DNA of 64,000 nucleotides from Utricularia gibba (lineage: Eukaryota; Plantae; Magnoliophyta). The stretch covers positions 124,001-188,000 of the forward strand of contig NEEC01000027.1 in NCBI GenBank assembly GCA_002189035.1, written 5' to 3'. The translations under genes were made by a program, and so were the position numbers. The notes under the pieces were generated by a model. It was given only the letters and a program-made list of their open reading frames with translations. It was not told where the DNA came from and did no database searches. Shown here piece after piece: positions 38,912-49,525 of this stretch; positions within the stretch are counted from its first letter, which is position 1, and each line of letters opens with the position of its first letter.

Positions 38912-39133
38912 TGTGCGAAATCAGGGTTCATACAGGCAGGCAGGGTAAAGTTTCCATTTGGAATCATTTTTTTACGTGTTGGGTTTGTAAAGAGAGGATG
39001 GATGAATTGTGGACGAGGGAAAGGCAAAGCAAGATCAGGAGTCTCTGATTCCCAGGTAAAGAATACACTGCACGTTTCTTACCTCCAGCTGCTGCTGCCT
39101 TGAAACCAAAAAACCACACATAAAAGTGATATG

Positions 39134-39157
39134 TACATACATACATACATACATACA
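39134..39157. repeat. (TACA)6 microsatellite
   Basis: Direct reading. Confidence 0.85.
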
Positions 39158-39471
39158 TCCAATACTCTCCGTGTGGTTGGGTTCCATCCAGTGTTTATAT
39201 ATATGCCCACGGTTTGGGGCGGTATAGTATAGGAACAGTGCGGCTTCTCTTGCGGATGTGTATTGTAGCTGTCCCATGGACTTGTTTATTGACGACAAGT
39301 AATAAAATTGTTTGGTGTTCCTTGTTGGAAGCCCTTCCAACACAGTCCACGCAACTGTTGGGGTAGAATGGGGTGGGTCCAGGAGATGATGATGGAAACC
39401 GGGGGTGGGGTTTAGGGCTCTCGGGATTCCCAAAATTTGGATCAGGGACTTGGGGAAACATTCAACCGTTT

Positions 39472-41014
39472 CATGTGGAAATCCGATGATGGGTGGAGCT
39501 CGCCACGAGAACTAAGATTCCATGGTCAAACATTTGGGAAGCTTCCGGGAGGAGAGGCTGCTAGTGCTGGCGATTTGGTCCTTAGAAATACCATCACAAT
39601 GACCATCTCTCCTCCTCCTCCTCCTCCTCCTCCTCCATTCGCATGTATCTCTTTCACCAATAGAAGCAGCAGCTGCAACGGAATCTCCTATTTCCATTCA
39701 TTTATCATGTATTCCCACGACTACTTTCTCGACGGCTCAACTGTAAGTGCATGTCTTCCTCCTTCATCCCCCCTTTTTTTTTTGTTTACTTCTGTCGTCT
39801 TGATCGTGGTTGTCTTGTCCAGGTCTTTCCGGAGGGTTTCCCCGGCGAGGGCGATGCTTTTTCACCTTCTCAGTATAATCTGAATCTCACGGTACGACGC
39901 CCTTCTTCCCACATATCCGAGCCACAGCCAGTGCTTGCAAATCAGGGGAGCAAAGTGGAGGATTACCTGAACACGGAAGGCGAATTCACACCGTGGGAAG
40001 GGGCAGCATCCCACAGTTTCTCCGGGGAGGGAGTGTTGCCTGGGAAGACGCAAAACGCTCCACCTCCACGGTCGTACGGAAAATCGGACGACGGATACAA
40101 CTGGAGGAAGTACGGCCAGAAACAGGTTAAAGGGGGCGAGAATCCTCGAAGCTACTACAAGTGCGCTGCGTCCCCCAGCTGCCCCGTGAAGAAGAAGGTA
40201 GAGATGGATGGGGATGGACACGTCACTGAGATCGTGTACAAAGGCGCCCACAACCATCCAAAGCCGCAGCAGCAGCAGCAACAACCAACTCGTCGATCTT
40301 CTTCCTCCTCCTCTGAACCCAATCTGCACCAAATCTCCAGCCAATCACACCCCGTGGCTGCTGAGGCGACCGACAGCAACTCATGGGCCTCTTTTGTCGA
40401 GGACGACTTGTTGCAGGAAAACCTTAACCTGGATTCAAAGAGATGGTGAGTGAGTCTTGATCGGCTTTCTTGTAGTCTCTAAAAATCACAACACTCCCCC
40501 TATGTATTCATTCCTGTGTTTGCAGGAAGGGGGAAAATGAGGTTGATGAAACATCTGCTTCGGTGGGGAGAACAGTTCGAGAGCCACGAGTGGTGGTTCA
40601 GACCACCAGTGAGATAGATATTCTCGATGATGGCTTTAGATGGAGAAAATATGGACAGAAGGTGGTCAAGGGGAGCCCCAATCCAAGGCAAAAACCTCCC
40701 TCCTTCCTTTTCCAAAGCTCATGCACATGTTGCTAACCTGAACTTGCTGCAGGAGCTACTACAAATGCACATCCAATGGCTGCCCTGTTAGGAAACACGT
40801 AGAACGAGCATTCCAGGACCCGAGGGCGGTGATCACCACATACGAAGGCAAGCACAACCATGACATTCCACCGGCAAGAGGCACTGGCAGTGGCAGCAAC
40901 ATCTACAACAGTTCCATGAACAGCGCTGCCGCAATGCAGCTGCAAGCGATTCAGGATCCAGCTTCTTCACTCAACCTGCAAAACGTGGTGAGGGGCGGAA
41001 GATTAACATTCTGA
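39472..41014 (+). CDS. WRKY: Group I WRKY transcription factor (WRKY33/25/26-like), start uncertain
   Basis: Two WRKYGQK domains ([12 protein letters not shown] at about 40087; [12 protein letters not shown] at about 40627), the [16 protein letters not shown] linker and two C2H2 fingers. (CCT)8 encodes poly-Pro. Confidence 0.93.
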
Positions 41015-41355
41015 ATGTCCGGCAGAAACACAGGGAAAGAGTTTCACGTCACTTGTTTCCCTGTTCGTCACGTAATATTTTTCTACATGATTTATGCATC
41101 TCATATTTTCCAAGGACTCCCTCTCAGTACCATAATTTAGGTACGGACCAAATGCAAACCCTCCAGACTTGCTATTTTTTACCAACGGGAAAACTGTGGT
41201 TGACATTTGAGAGCCATAGATGAGATTCCTGTGAGCCACGAATCAACGATGTTATTACCAGATAACACGAAAGTCAACGAATCTGAATGAATTTATGAGG
41301 GCAATTTTACTTACTTTGTTACATTTTCCTGGCGAGATTTCTCAAACTCGAAGAA

Positions 41356-42042
41356 ATGGCAGAAAAATCCTCACCGGCGATCCTCCCGATCTCGAACCCG
41401 GAACCTGTGGCACCGGCGCCATTCCCAGACACAATCTCGGATACCCAACACATGACTTCTTCTTCCTCCACAACCACCTCTCCAATGAGAGCGTTTATCT
41501 CCAATATATCAAACATTGTACGAACCGGACTCGGCGATCGCCGCCCATGGAAGGAGCTCCTTGATCGCTCCGCCTTCTCCAAGCCTGAATCGCTGTCGGA
41601 AGCAACCGGGAGATTGAGCAAGAATTACAACTACTTCCGCGTCAATTACCTCATCGTAGCTGCCGCGATCCTGGCGTTCTCCCTTGTGACGAATCCGACT
41701 TCGCTGATCCTGGTAACGGGCCTCCTCGCCGCCTGGCTGTTCCTCTATTTCTTCCGCCATCCATCGGATTCCCCGATCGCACTCTGCGGTCACCAATTCT
41801 CGGAATTCGAAATCCTGGTCTTCCTAATCATCTCATCCTTCCTCGTTGTCTTCCTCACCAACGTTGGATCTGTTCTCATCACTGCCTTAATGCTGGGAAC
41901 TGCAGTTATTTGCTGCCATGGCGCGCTCAGGACTCCTGAAGACATGTTCCTCGATGAAAATCCGCAGCAGCAAGGGATCGGCTTCTTCCCCTTTTTCGTT
42001 GCCGCTCCGGTTCCTCAACCTCCCGTCGCTTCAAAGGCTTGA
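41356..42042 (+). CDS. PRA1: PRA1.B-type prenylated Rab acceptor, intronless
   Basis: RRPWKELLDRSAFSKPESLSEATGRLSKNYNYFRVNY and HGALRTPEDMFLDE, with hydrophobic hairpins. Confidence 0.95.
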   Translation: MAEKSSPAILPISNPEPVAPAPFPDTISDTQHMTSSSSTTTSPMRAFISNISNIVRTGLGDRRPWKELLDRSAFSKPESLSEATGRLSKNYNYFRVNYLIVAAAILAFSLVTNPTSLILVTGLLAAWLFLYFFRHPSDSPIALCGHQFSEFEILVFLIISSFLVVFLTNVGSVLITALMLGTAVICCHGALRTPEDMFLDENPQQQGIGFFPFFVAAPVPQPPVASKA

Positions 42043-42622
42043 TCTTCGTGATCCCATCCGCTCCCGCTCATTTGTCAAAGATCGCTTTTCTCCGGGAATC
42101 TTCAAGATTCTTCTTTTCCTGTTATATGTATCCATCCACTATACACTAGTGATCATAATGACCCTTCACTTTGAAATCCTTGAAGGTTCAGTCTTCGTCG
42201 CTGTGCGCTGCAAGCAGAAATAAAGGGGTAGGAAAGAAATAAATGCTCCACATTTAAGGTTCATTCACTCACCCATCGCCAATAAAACAAAGCATCGGCA
42301 CAAATTCAGTAGAGTCGCGAACTACGGATCGAAATTCTGAGTCAGAATCACCAAGATCATTTTTTGCCTTCAAAAATCACGTGCCTGTTCCTATATAGAT
42401 CATGAACGGACACAAATAAGAAGTTTGACATTCGTAAAGATTCAAACAGCAACTCCTCCTATCGCTTTCTTTTTCGGATAAAAAGCAATTCCAAGATGTC
42501 ACTGTATAATCCCACCGAAAGTGAAGATTAAAAAATGTTAACAACTAGTAACGCTTCTTCTTCAGCAAAAAGTAGGCATTTACAGTGGCGTTACTGACCA
42601 GGAAGGAAGAGAGCAGCGCGCA

Positions 42623-43639
42623 ATGTTCATGGCTTCTTTTCCTGCAAAAAGATTTGGTTTTTGCATCTTGGCTTGGATTTCGCTGATGTCGCATGCTTCA
42701 CCAGAGAAGGTGAATCTTTCCCTCTACTATGAATCACTCTGCCCCTACTGCGCAAATTTCATGGTCAATGACTTGCCCAAAATCTTCGAAAATCATCTCA
42801 TCGACGTCGTCAATCTCCGTCTCATCCCATGGGGTAACGCGGAGATTCAACCCAACAACACTTTCACCTGTCAGGTACCATTCAGCATTTCTTGTTTCAT
42901 AGGCAACTCCAACTGCTTTTACCTTTTGCTTTCATGGGCTTTTCTATTTCCTGCAGCACGGTGAGGATGAATGCTTACTAAATGCCATTGACGCCTGTGC
43001 AATAAGAGAGTGGCCACAAGTATTTCTCACTTCAGTTTCCTTATCCACTGCTGATTTTTTATGTAGATTTTTTATTTTGGTCGCTGTTGCCCTAAGCAGT
43101 CTGCCAGTTTTCCGTTCATACACTGCGTCGAGAACCTCCATTTGACGGGCAAGCACACAGAGTGGCGATCCTGTTTTCAATCTCTTGGTTTGGATCCCAT
43201 GCCTGTGGATGACTGCTACAACAATGGCATTGCAAACGAGGTAAATAACTCTAAACCAAACACAAAAAGATAAAGTTACCATTTCTCATGTTGTATATGC
43301 CATGCTTTGCTTTGCCATATGCAGCTGGAGGAAGAATATGCTGATGAAACTGCTGGCCTTGATCCGCCTCATAGATTCGTTCCTTGGGTTGTCGTTAACG
43401 ATTTCCCTCTTCAAGACGTAAGATCATTTGCCCCTTTCTCTAACTACATAGATAAATCATCATCATCACCTAGACCTGTACTTTTCATGCAGGATTATAA
43501 GAATTTCATGAGCTACATTTGCCAGTCGTATAAGGGAGGCAGCTCACTCACTCCTTGTAAATCGATTCTGTTTGAGGCCAAAACTTCCGAGTCGAAATCT
43601 CCAACTCGCGGATGCACACAGGAATATGTAAGATCTTGA
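42623..43639 (+). CDS. GILT: GILT-like thiol reductase, 5 exons
   Basis: Signal peptide, YYESLCPYC, LIPWGNA, CQ|HGEDEC and PPHRFVPWVVVN. Confidence 0.92.
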
Positions 43640-43872
43640 AAAACAACGGACAATGAGTGTGCTGCAAAGTTAAAAACTTCGAAGTATATCATTTTCCACT
43701 ATGTGCTCTAATGCTTCTGTTCAGCTCACTTCCAACAAAGTGCTATGAAGTTTCATTCATTTTGCTCTAATGCATCAACACGAAGAAATGACCTGAATTC
43801 ATAAAGTGGGAATACAAATACAATCCACTGTATATTTAAAATGTTGCATGCGCTCCATATACATGTCACAGT

Positions 43873-44846
43873 CTACGGTGAAGAAGAGTTTATCAACTTC
43901 CATATATAGTCGCAGGCATCAAATGAAGACATCTGCTGTGAATCAACATCAAATTTTTTGGCATCCTTCTTGTGTCTGTCCACAATGTCTAGGGTTTCGA
44001 GTTAAATGGAAAATCAATAAGTGACCAACGGTATGAAAATTTCAAAAGCATACGTGTATTGAGTAGAGATTGCAAGTCAAGTTGAGAATGGATACATCCT
44101 GATATTATTGAAGGGTCCTCCATATTTGGTATGACTTTTGTCACAGAGGCATGCATTGACAACTTATTTCTGCCAAGCAAAAGGTAATTGCATCCATCAG
44201 TACTCCAAAGAGAGCAATGCAAATTTACATTACAAGAAAATTTTCATTACTCAAGTTTCAATTCATCTCTGTCGATCTTCTTCAAAGTCTGATTTCGTTC
44301 TTCAACCGATTCAGTTTGCCGCTTCAGGTCCTGTATTTCGTATATAGTCTGTGTGTTCATTTCAACACAAGAAGTTAATTGCTGTAACAAGGAGGTGCAC
44401 ATCCAAAAAAATGTAAATACATATCTAAGCTCTTTTCTGAGGGTCTTCTCTAACTGCTTCTGGTGCTCCAGGTCCATTTCGAGCATCCCCACCTCTTTAT
44501 CAGATTCACTCTCAGGTTCTATTCTCGTTATCATCCGCTCACATGAATCAACCCTCCCCTCATATTCTGGGGCATTTATCAGTGAGATAACATGCTAAAC
44601 GAACCCACGCACACTTGCAAGCAAACCAATTATCGGGCTGTATCTGAATTTACCCAGTATAATGTCAAAAAGGAAAAAGAAAAACGAACCTTCAATCGAC
44701 CTTTTAGTCTCCTTGAAATCATTTTCGCACCGAGTTAGAAGGGCGACGGATTGCCGCAAAATAAGCTTGAAGTTAACTATATCCTCGTCTTCCTTCAAGA
44801 AATCCACCGTCTTTCTCTCATACTCCATCACCTCCTCCAAATCCAT
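43873..44846 (-). CDS. SPC24: Kinetochore NDC80-complex subunit SPC24
   Basis: Coiled-coil exons followed by KLSMHASVTKVIPNMEDPSIISG and IVDRHKK..KFDVDSQQMSSFDACDYIWKLIN*. Confidence 0.82.
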
Positions 44847-44965
44847 CGGCGCTCATGAATTCACAGGCGGAAGACCTAGGGTAGACGAGAGCGACTCCAA
44901 CGGGAAAATGGCGGAGAAGAAATTTAAATGTTTTATTTTTTTAGCCCCTCAGCCATCAATCTTAA

Positions 44966-44983
44966 ATATATATATATATATAT
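44966..44983. repeat. (AT)9 microsatellite in the SPC24/profilin intergenic region
   Basis: Direct reading. Confidence 0.85.
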
Positions 44984-45194
44984 ACATGGATGGAATGTGG
45001 ATCCAAATCTTGGAAATAATTTGAAATCTCGTGAAAGGTTTTTGAAAACACGGGGAGGGGTGTAATCGTAATTTTAGGGTCAAGATGTTATCGCCTCGTG
45101 CTTTGGCTACTCGGCATAAAATTCCGTTCGCTGTCTTTCGCCATTTTTGTGCACTCGAGCATCAGCGCGTTTTTGATCTTGCTGATTCTCCGCT

Positions 45195-46466
45195 ATGTCG
45201 TGGCAAACTTACATCGACGACCATTTGATGGCCGAGTATGAGGGCTGCCACCTCACTGCCGCCGCCATTATCGGCCATGACGGCAGCGTCTGGGCCCAGA
45301 GCGCAACTTTCCCGGAGGTCAGCCTCCGTTAGGTTTAATCATCGAGTGTGATGCTTTTTGTGGATCTCTACTTTTATATGAGGTTTGGGTTGGATTGGAA
45401 CATTTAAGTGATGCTGATTTTATCTATTTTTTCGAAGTAGTTTGATCCAGCCATTTTTTGACTCATTTTTTTACCCGATGCGGATTGGAAGGTTGTATCA
45501 GGCAGACTCCTATGATCTGATTCAATTTTCAAAGTATTTTTTATAGGCCAATCTTTTATGTTCTGCTCAATTCTTACAGGACGCCTGCCTTATTCTGAAT
45601 GTATAGTCCTTTTGCCTTGTCTGGCTTCCATATGTATTATTGGAGCTTGTTTGATTTTATTGATCTTGTTTTACCTGACCTATTTTTAGGTTTGTGTCAT
45701 ATTTATTTGGTGGTTAGTTGATGTCTTTATCTCGACTGCTGTCACCATGAGGCGATGCTTGTGAGAATTTTAAGTGGGTGTGCGCAGCGTTCGTGTACTG
45801 AAAGTCTTTGTTGTAGTTACTGTGATAGGCATTCAAGCATATACATTGGAAAATTTGCATCAAATATTTTCTTTCAGGAAGATGCTTGTTGCATTCAAAA
45901 ATATAGTTACCCGATCTATGGCCTAATTTTTATTTGTGCTCACGGTCATCTCTTGAATCAATTGCGAATGCAGTTCAAGCTTGAAGAGATAACTGCTATC
46001 ATGGCTGACTTTGAAAGTCCAGGGACGCTAGCCCCTACTGGTTTGTACATTGGAGGAGTTAAATATATGGTGATTCAAGGCGAGCCTGGGGCTGTCATCC
46101 GAGGGAAGAAGGTATGGTGCATCTGATGCAAGAAAAATAGATGAACTTTCCCATATGATTTTTGGAGTGAAATTCCCTGGCACTTTTTGGGGCTGTTTGT
46201 TGACATGGAGAGCGTTTGTTAAAATAAGGCCTGCCAGTTATATAGCCTTTTACACCTTGCCATCAACTTGGTCTTCCATTGCTTTGAACGCTTGATCTTT
46301 TCGTTATATTGAAATATTGATTTTGGGCCAGGGGTCCGGGGGAGCTACAATAAAGAAAACAGGGCTTGCTATAATCGTTGGCATCTATGATGAGCCAATG
46401 GCTCCAGGTCAGTGCAACGTGATCGTTGAGAGGATGGGTGATTACCTCATTGACCAGGGGCTTTAA
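45195..46466 (+). CDS. PRF: Profilin, 3 exons
   Basis: [21 protein letters not shown] (45195-45317), [28 protein letters not shown] (45974-46111) and [19 protein letters not shown]. Confidence 0.97.
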
Positions 46467-47655
46467 TCTTCTCGGTAAGATTGATATCCATGTGTTATTC
46501 CATACATTGGATACATTTCATCGCTGAAGCCGCTGTTTTGCCTTCTTGTCAGGACCAGAGGTGTTTGGTTCTCAGGTATTGGTGATGGAAACTTGTATTA
46601 CGACTCAATATGAGCATGTGTGTGGTTTCTTCTCGTTTCTCCTCCGGCCTTCTGGACATATCTGCTTTTACACATTTTCTTAGTGTTTGTTCTTGATCCA
46701 TCCATGCATCCATCACATGTGTGGAAGCAATTAAGGGACCGAAATGTATATCCTGTGCATTATCTCTGTCGATTTGCATTCAACTCTTCGACAGGGATGC
46801 GGTGCCATGCCACATCCAGGGAGGGTCCAGTCGGAGCGTATCCCAGACTCCACCGCCCGCCCCGTCTCAAGGGAGGCGTCGCATGTCAGGGTGTCGGCTT
46901 TTACCTCATCTCCTTTATGCCCCAACCCCAATAATATTTTATTCGGGAGCCGTCATTTTCCCTCCCAATTTAGGGTGCGGCGCATGCTGTCCGGTCCGGT
47001 CCGGTCCAGTCCTGAGGCAAAGATATTCCAAATATCTCATTTTACACATAAATAACAAATTTGGAAGGAGCAGGCAGGATGGATGATGCATTCGTCTCCA
47101 ATTAGAAGGCTTTCTTTCCTTTTTCAACCAAAAACAATAAATATGAATTCATTTTGCTTTTTTTAATAAGTATAGACTATTATAATTAGATGATCGATTA
47201 TCTACTACAACAACCCAACATTGAGTTAATTACGAGGAGGAGGAGGAGGAGGCGTGACCCATCATAAATCCGTGACGGGATGGGGCGGGGCGCTGCAGCA
47301 TGCGTCCTTATTCGGGTCGGGTGGGCGTGGGGCCCGCAACCCCCCACAATCACGAATTACTCCTATATTAGTCTTTAGCAATGTTCTTGGTATTACTAAA
47401 ATAAGGTGTGCGGACATTTTATAAAAAAAGGTTTATTAATCTGTGGAGGTTGGTTAATTAGGAAGAAAATGCAGCAGTACCATTAAATTGAATTTGCATT
47501 AATTCCAATGCCCCTTCCTCTTTCAGTTTTCCTTCTCCAGTCATCAATGCCGGAACCTAACCCTTGTTCCTGCTTCAAAAGCAACAGTTGCTGCACCAAC
47601 GCTGCTACAGCTCCTCGGCACCCCCCGTAGTCGAATCCCCCTTTCTGCCCGACAT

Positions 47656-48888
47656 ATGGAAAATTCTTCCTCTCTTCTTGTTTTGCTTCTCCATTTAACA
47701 ACCCTGGTGCAATCTGTGCCCTCAGTCGCAGTTGGGGTCGGAGTCGGAGTCGGAGTGGGCATCGGTGGCGGGAATCTCTGGCTCGGCGAAGGCAGCAGTC
47801 CCCCGGGAGACCCCTTTGAACGCCCGGGTTCAGCCTTCGGCAGCGCATACGCTGCTCTACAAGCTTGGAAATCGGCAATTACGGACGACCCTTTGGGCAT
47901 TCTGAGTACCTGGGTAGGTTCTGATGTTTGTTCTTATAAGGGAGTGTTTTGCGCTGATTCCCAGGACCTGCTGGGAAATCCAACTGGGAGAGTCGTGGCG
48001 GCCATAGATCTAAACCATGCTTACCTTCAGGGAAGTTTGGTTAGAGAGCTCTCCTATCTTACGGATTTGTCTATACTTCATCTCAATACCAACAGATTCT
48101 CAGGGACAATCCCTTTTTCGCTGAGGGAGTTAACTTCACTCACTGAATTAGATCTCAGCAACAATCGTTTCTCAGGCTCCTTCCCCACTGCAATCCTATA
48201 TATCCCAAATCTTCTCTATTTGGACCTCAGATTCAATTACTTTTCTGGGCCGCTTCCCATGGAGCTCTTTAACAAGAAGCTGGATGCGATTTTTCTCAAC
48301 AACAATCTTTTTGAGGGTGAAATCCCTGAAAGCTTAGGCAACTCCCCTGCGTCTGTGATCAACTTTGCCAACAATAAGCTGAGCGGGAACATTCCCTTCA
48401 CTTTCAGCTACGTGGGGGTCAAAGAAATCCTGTTCTTGAACAACAAGCTCACCGGCTGTGTCCCTGAAGCGATTGGGTTGTGGACTGATCTTCAGGTGCT
48501 GGACGTGAGCTCCAATTCACTCGGTGGCCATTTGCCTGACTCTTTGTCCTGTTTGAGTGGCATCGAAGTTCTCAATTTCGCAAACAATAGGCTCACTGGT
48601 GAGCTACCGGGTTTGCTCTGTTCCTTGAGGAACCTAATCAATCTCACAGTTTCAGCCAATTTCTTCTCGGGGTTCAATCATGACTGCGAGAGGTTAACCT
48701 TCAGAGACGTGGGATTTGATTTCTCGTTCAATTGCATCCCGGGTAAGGGGATGCAGCGCCCTCAGCCACAATGCTCCGCCGTGCCCGGCGCCGGATTTAG
48801 TTGCCTGAGAAACCCGCTGACTAAACCACTAGTTTGTGGATCCATCGTGGGCGGCCTGGAAACCAGGGCGGCGACACCGAGTCCGTGA
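47656..48888 (+). CDS. Secreted LRX-family-type LRR protein without extensin tail, intronless, 410 aa
   Basis: Signal peptide, LQAWKSAITDDP..TWVGSDVCSYKGVFC, plant extracellular LRRs and C-terminal NCIPG..QRP..QC. Confidence 0.93.
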   Translation: MENSSSLLVLLLHLTTLVQSVPSVAVGVGVGVGVGIGGGNLWLGEGSSPPGDPFERPGSAFGSAYAALQAWKSAITDDPLGILSTWVGSDVCSYKGVFCADSQDLLGNPTGRVVAAIDLNHAYLQGSLVRELSYLTDLSILHLNTNRFSGTIPFSLRELTSLTELDLSNNRFSGSFPTAILYIPNLLYLDLRFNYFSGPLPMELFNKKLDAIFLNNNLFEGEIPESLGNSPASVINFANNKLSGNIPFTFSYVGVKEILFLNNKLTGCVPEAIGLWTDLQVLDVSSNSLGGHLPDSLSCLSGIEVLNFANNRLTGELPGLLCSLRNLINLTVSANFFSGFNHDCERLTFRDVGFDFSFNCIPGKGMQRPQPQCSAVPGAGFSCLRNPLTKPLVCGSIVGGLETRAATPSP

Positions 48889-49525
48889 ATTTGGCGGGGC
48901 AGCGTCTACATCTAACTCCAGCAACGGGATTTAAGAGGAATCGTTTTCTTACAAGTTTGCGTGGCCCGCTTTGGACAAGACATGCCCCATGCTGCTTGCT
49001 TGCTTCCTCTGCACAGCCAGGCGGACTACAACTAATGCTACCTCTCCTGTTCCTATTATTATTGCTATTGTTGTTGTAACTTTCTTCACAGCCAAATCCC
49101 ACTTCATTGCACATGGCTGTGGCTTTCTTTCTCTGCTCAATTTTTGGGCTCCAGCTCCGGTAGAGCGAGTCTGTAGCAGTAGCAGACAGAAGCACAGTGT
49201 TGTAAATTACCACTATACTCCCTTCTCATCATTCTCAAATACTTGAACAGAAAATATTTCAGTGAGAAGGTTAAAGCGCTGCAAAAGAAGAAGCACAGCA
49301 GCTACATTTGGAAGTATGTATGAATAATGAACAAATAAGTGAAGAACCAATGCGATCGCATCCCCGATTCCCTCCCTGGCAACTACCCATCAGCGAGGAA
49401 TCTGTCTTGTTCTTCGTCGTGTTGCCCCTTTCCTGCCTTCGCTTTTATCCAGCGCACCTGTTTTCTTCTCGTGCAACAACAGCATGCAGTCACCTGTGCT
49501 ATCACCGCAACTCTCCCAATGAAAG

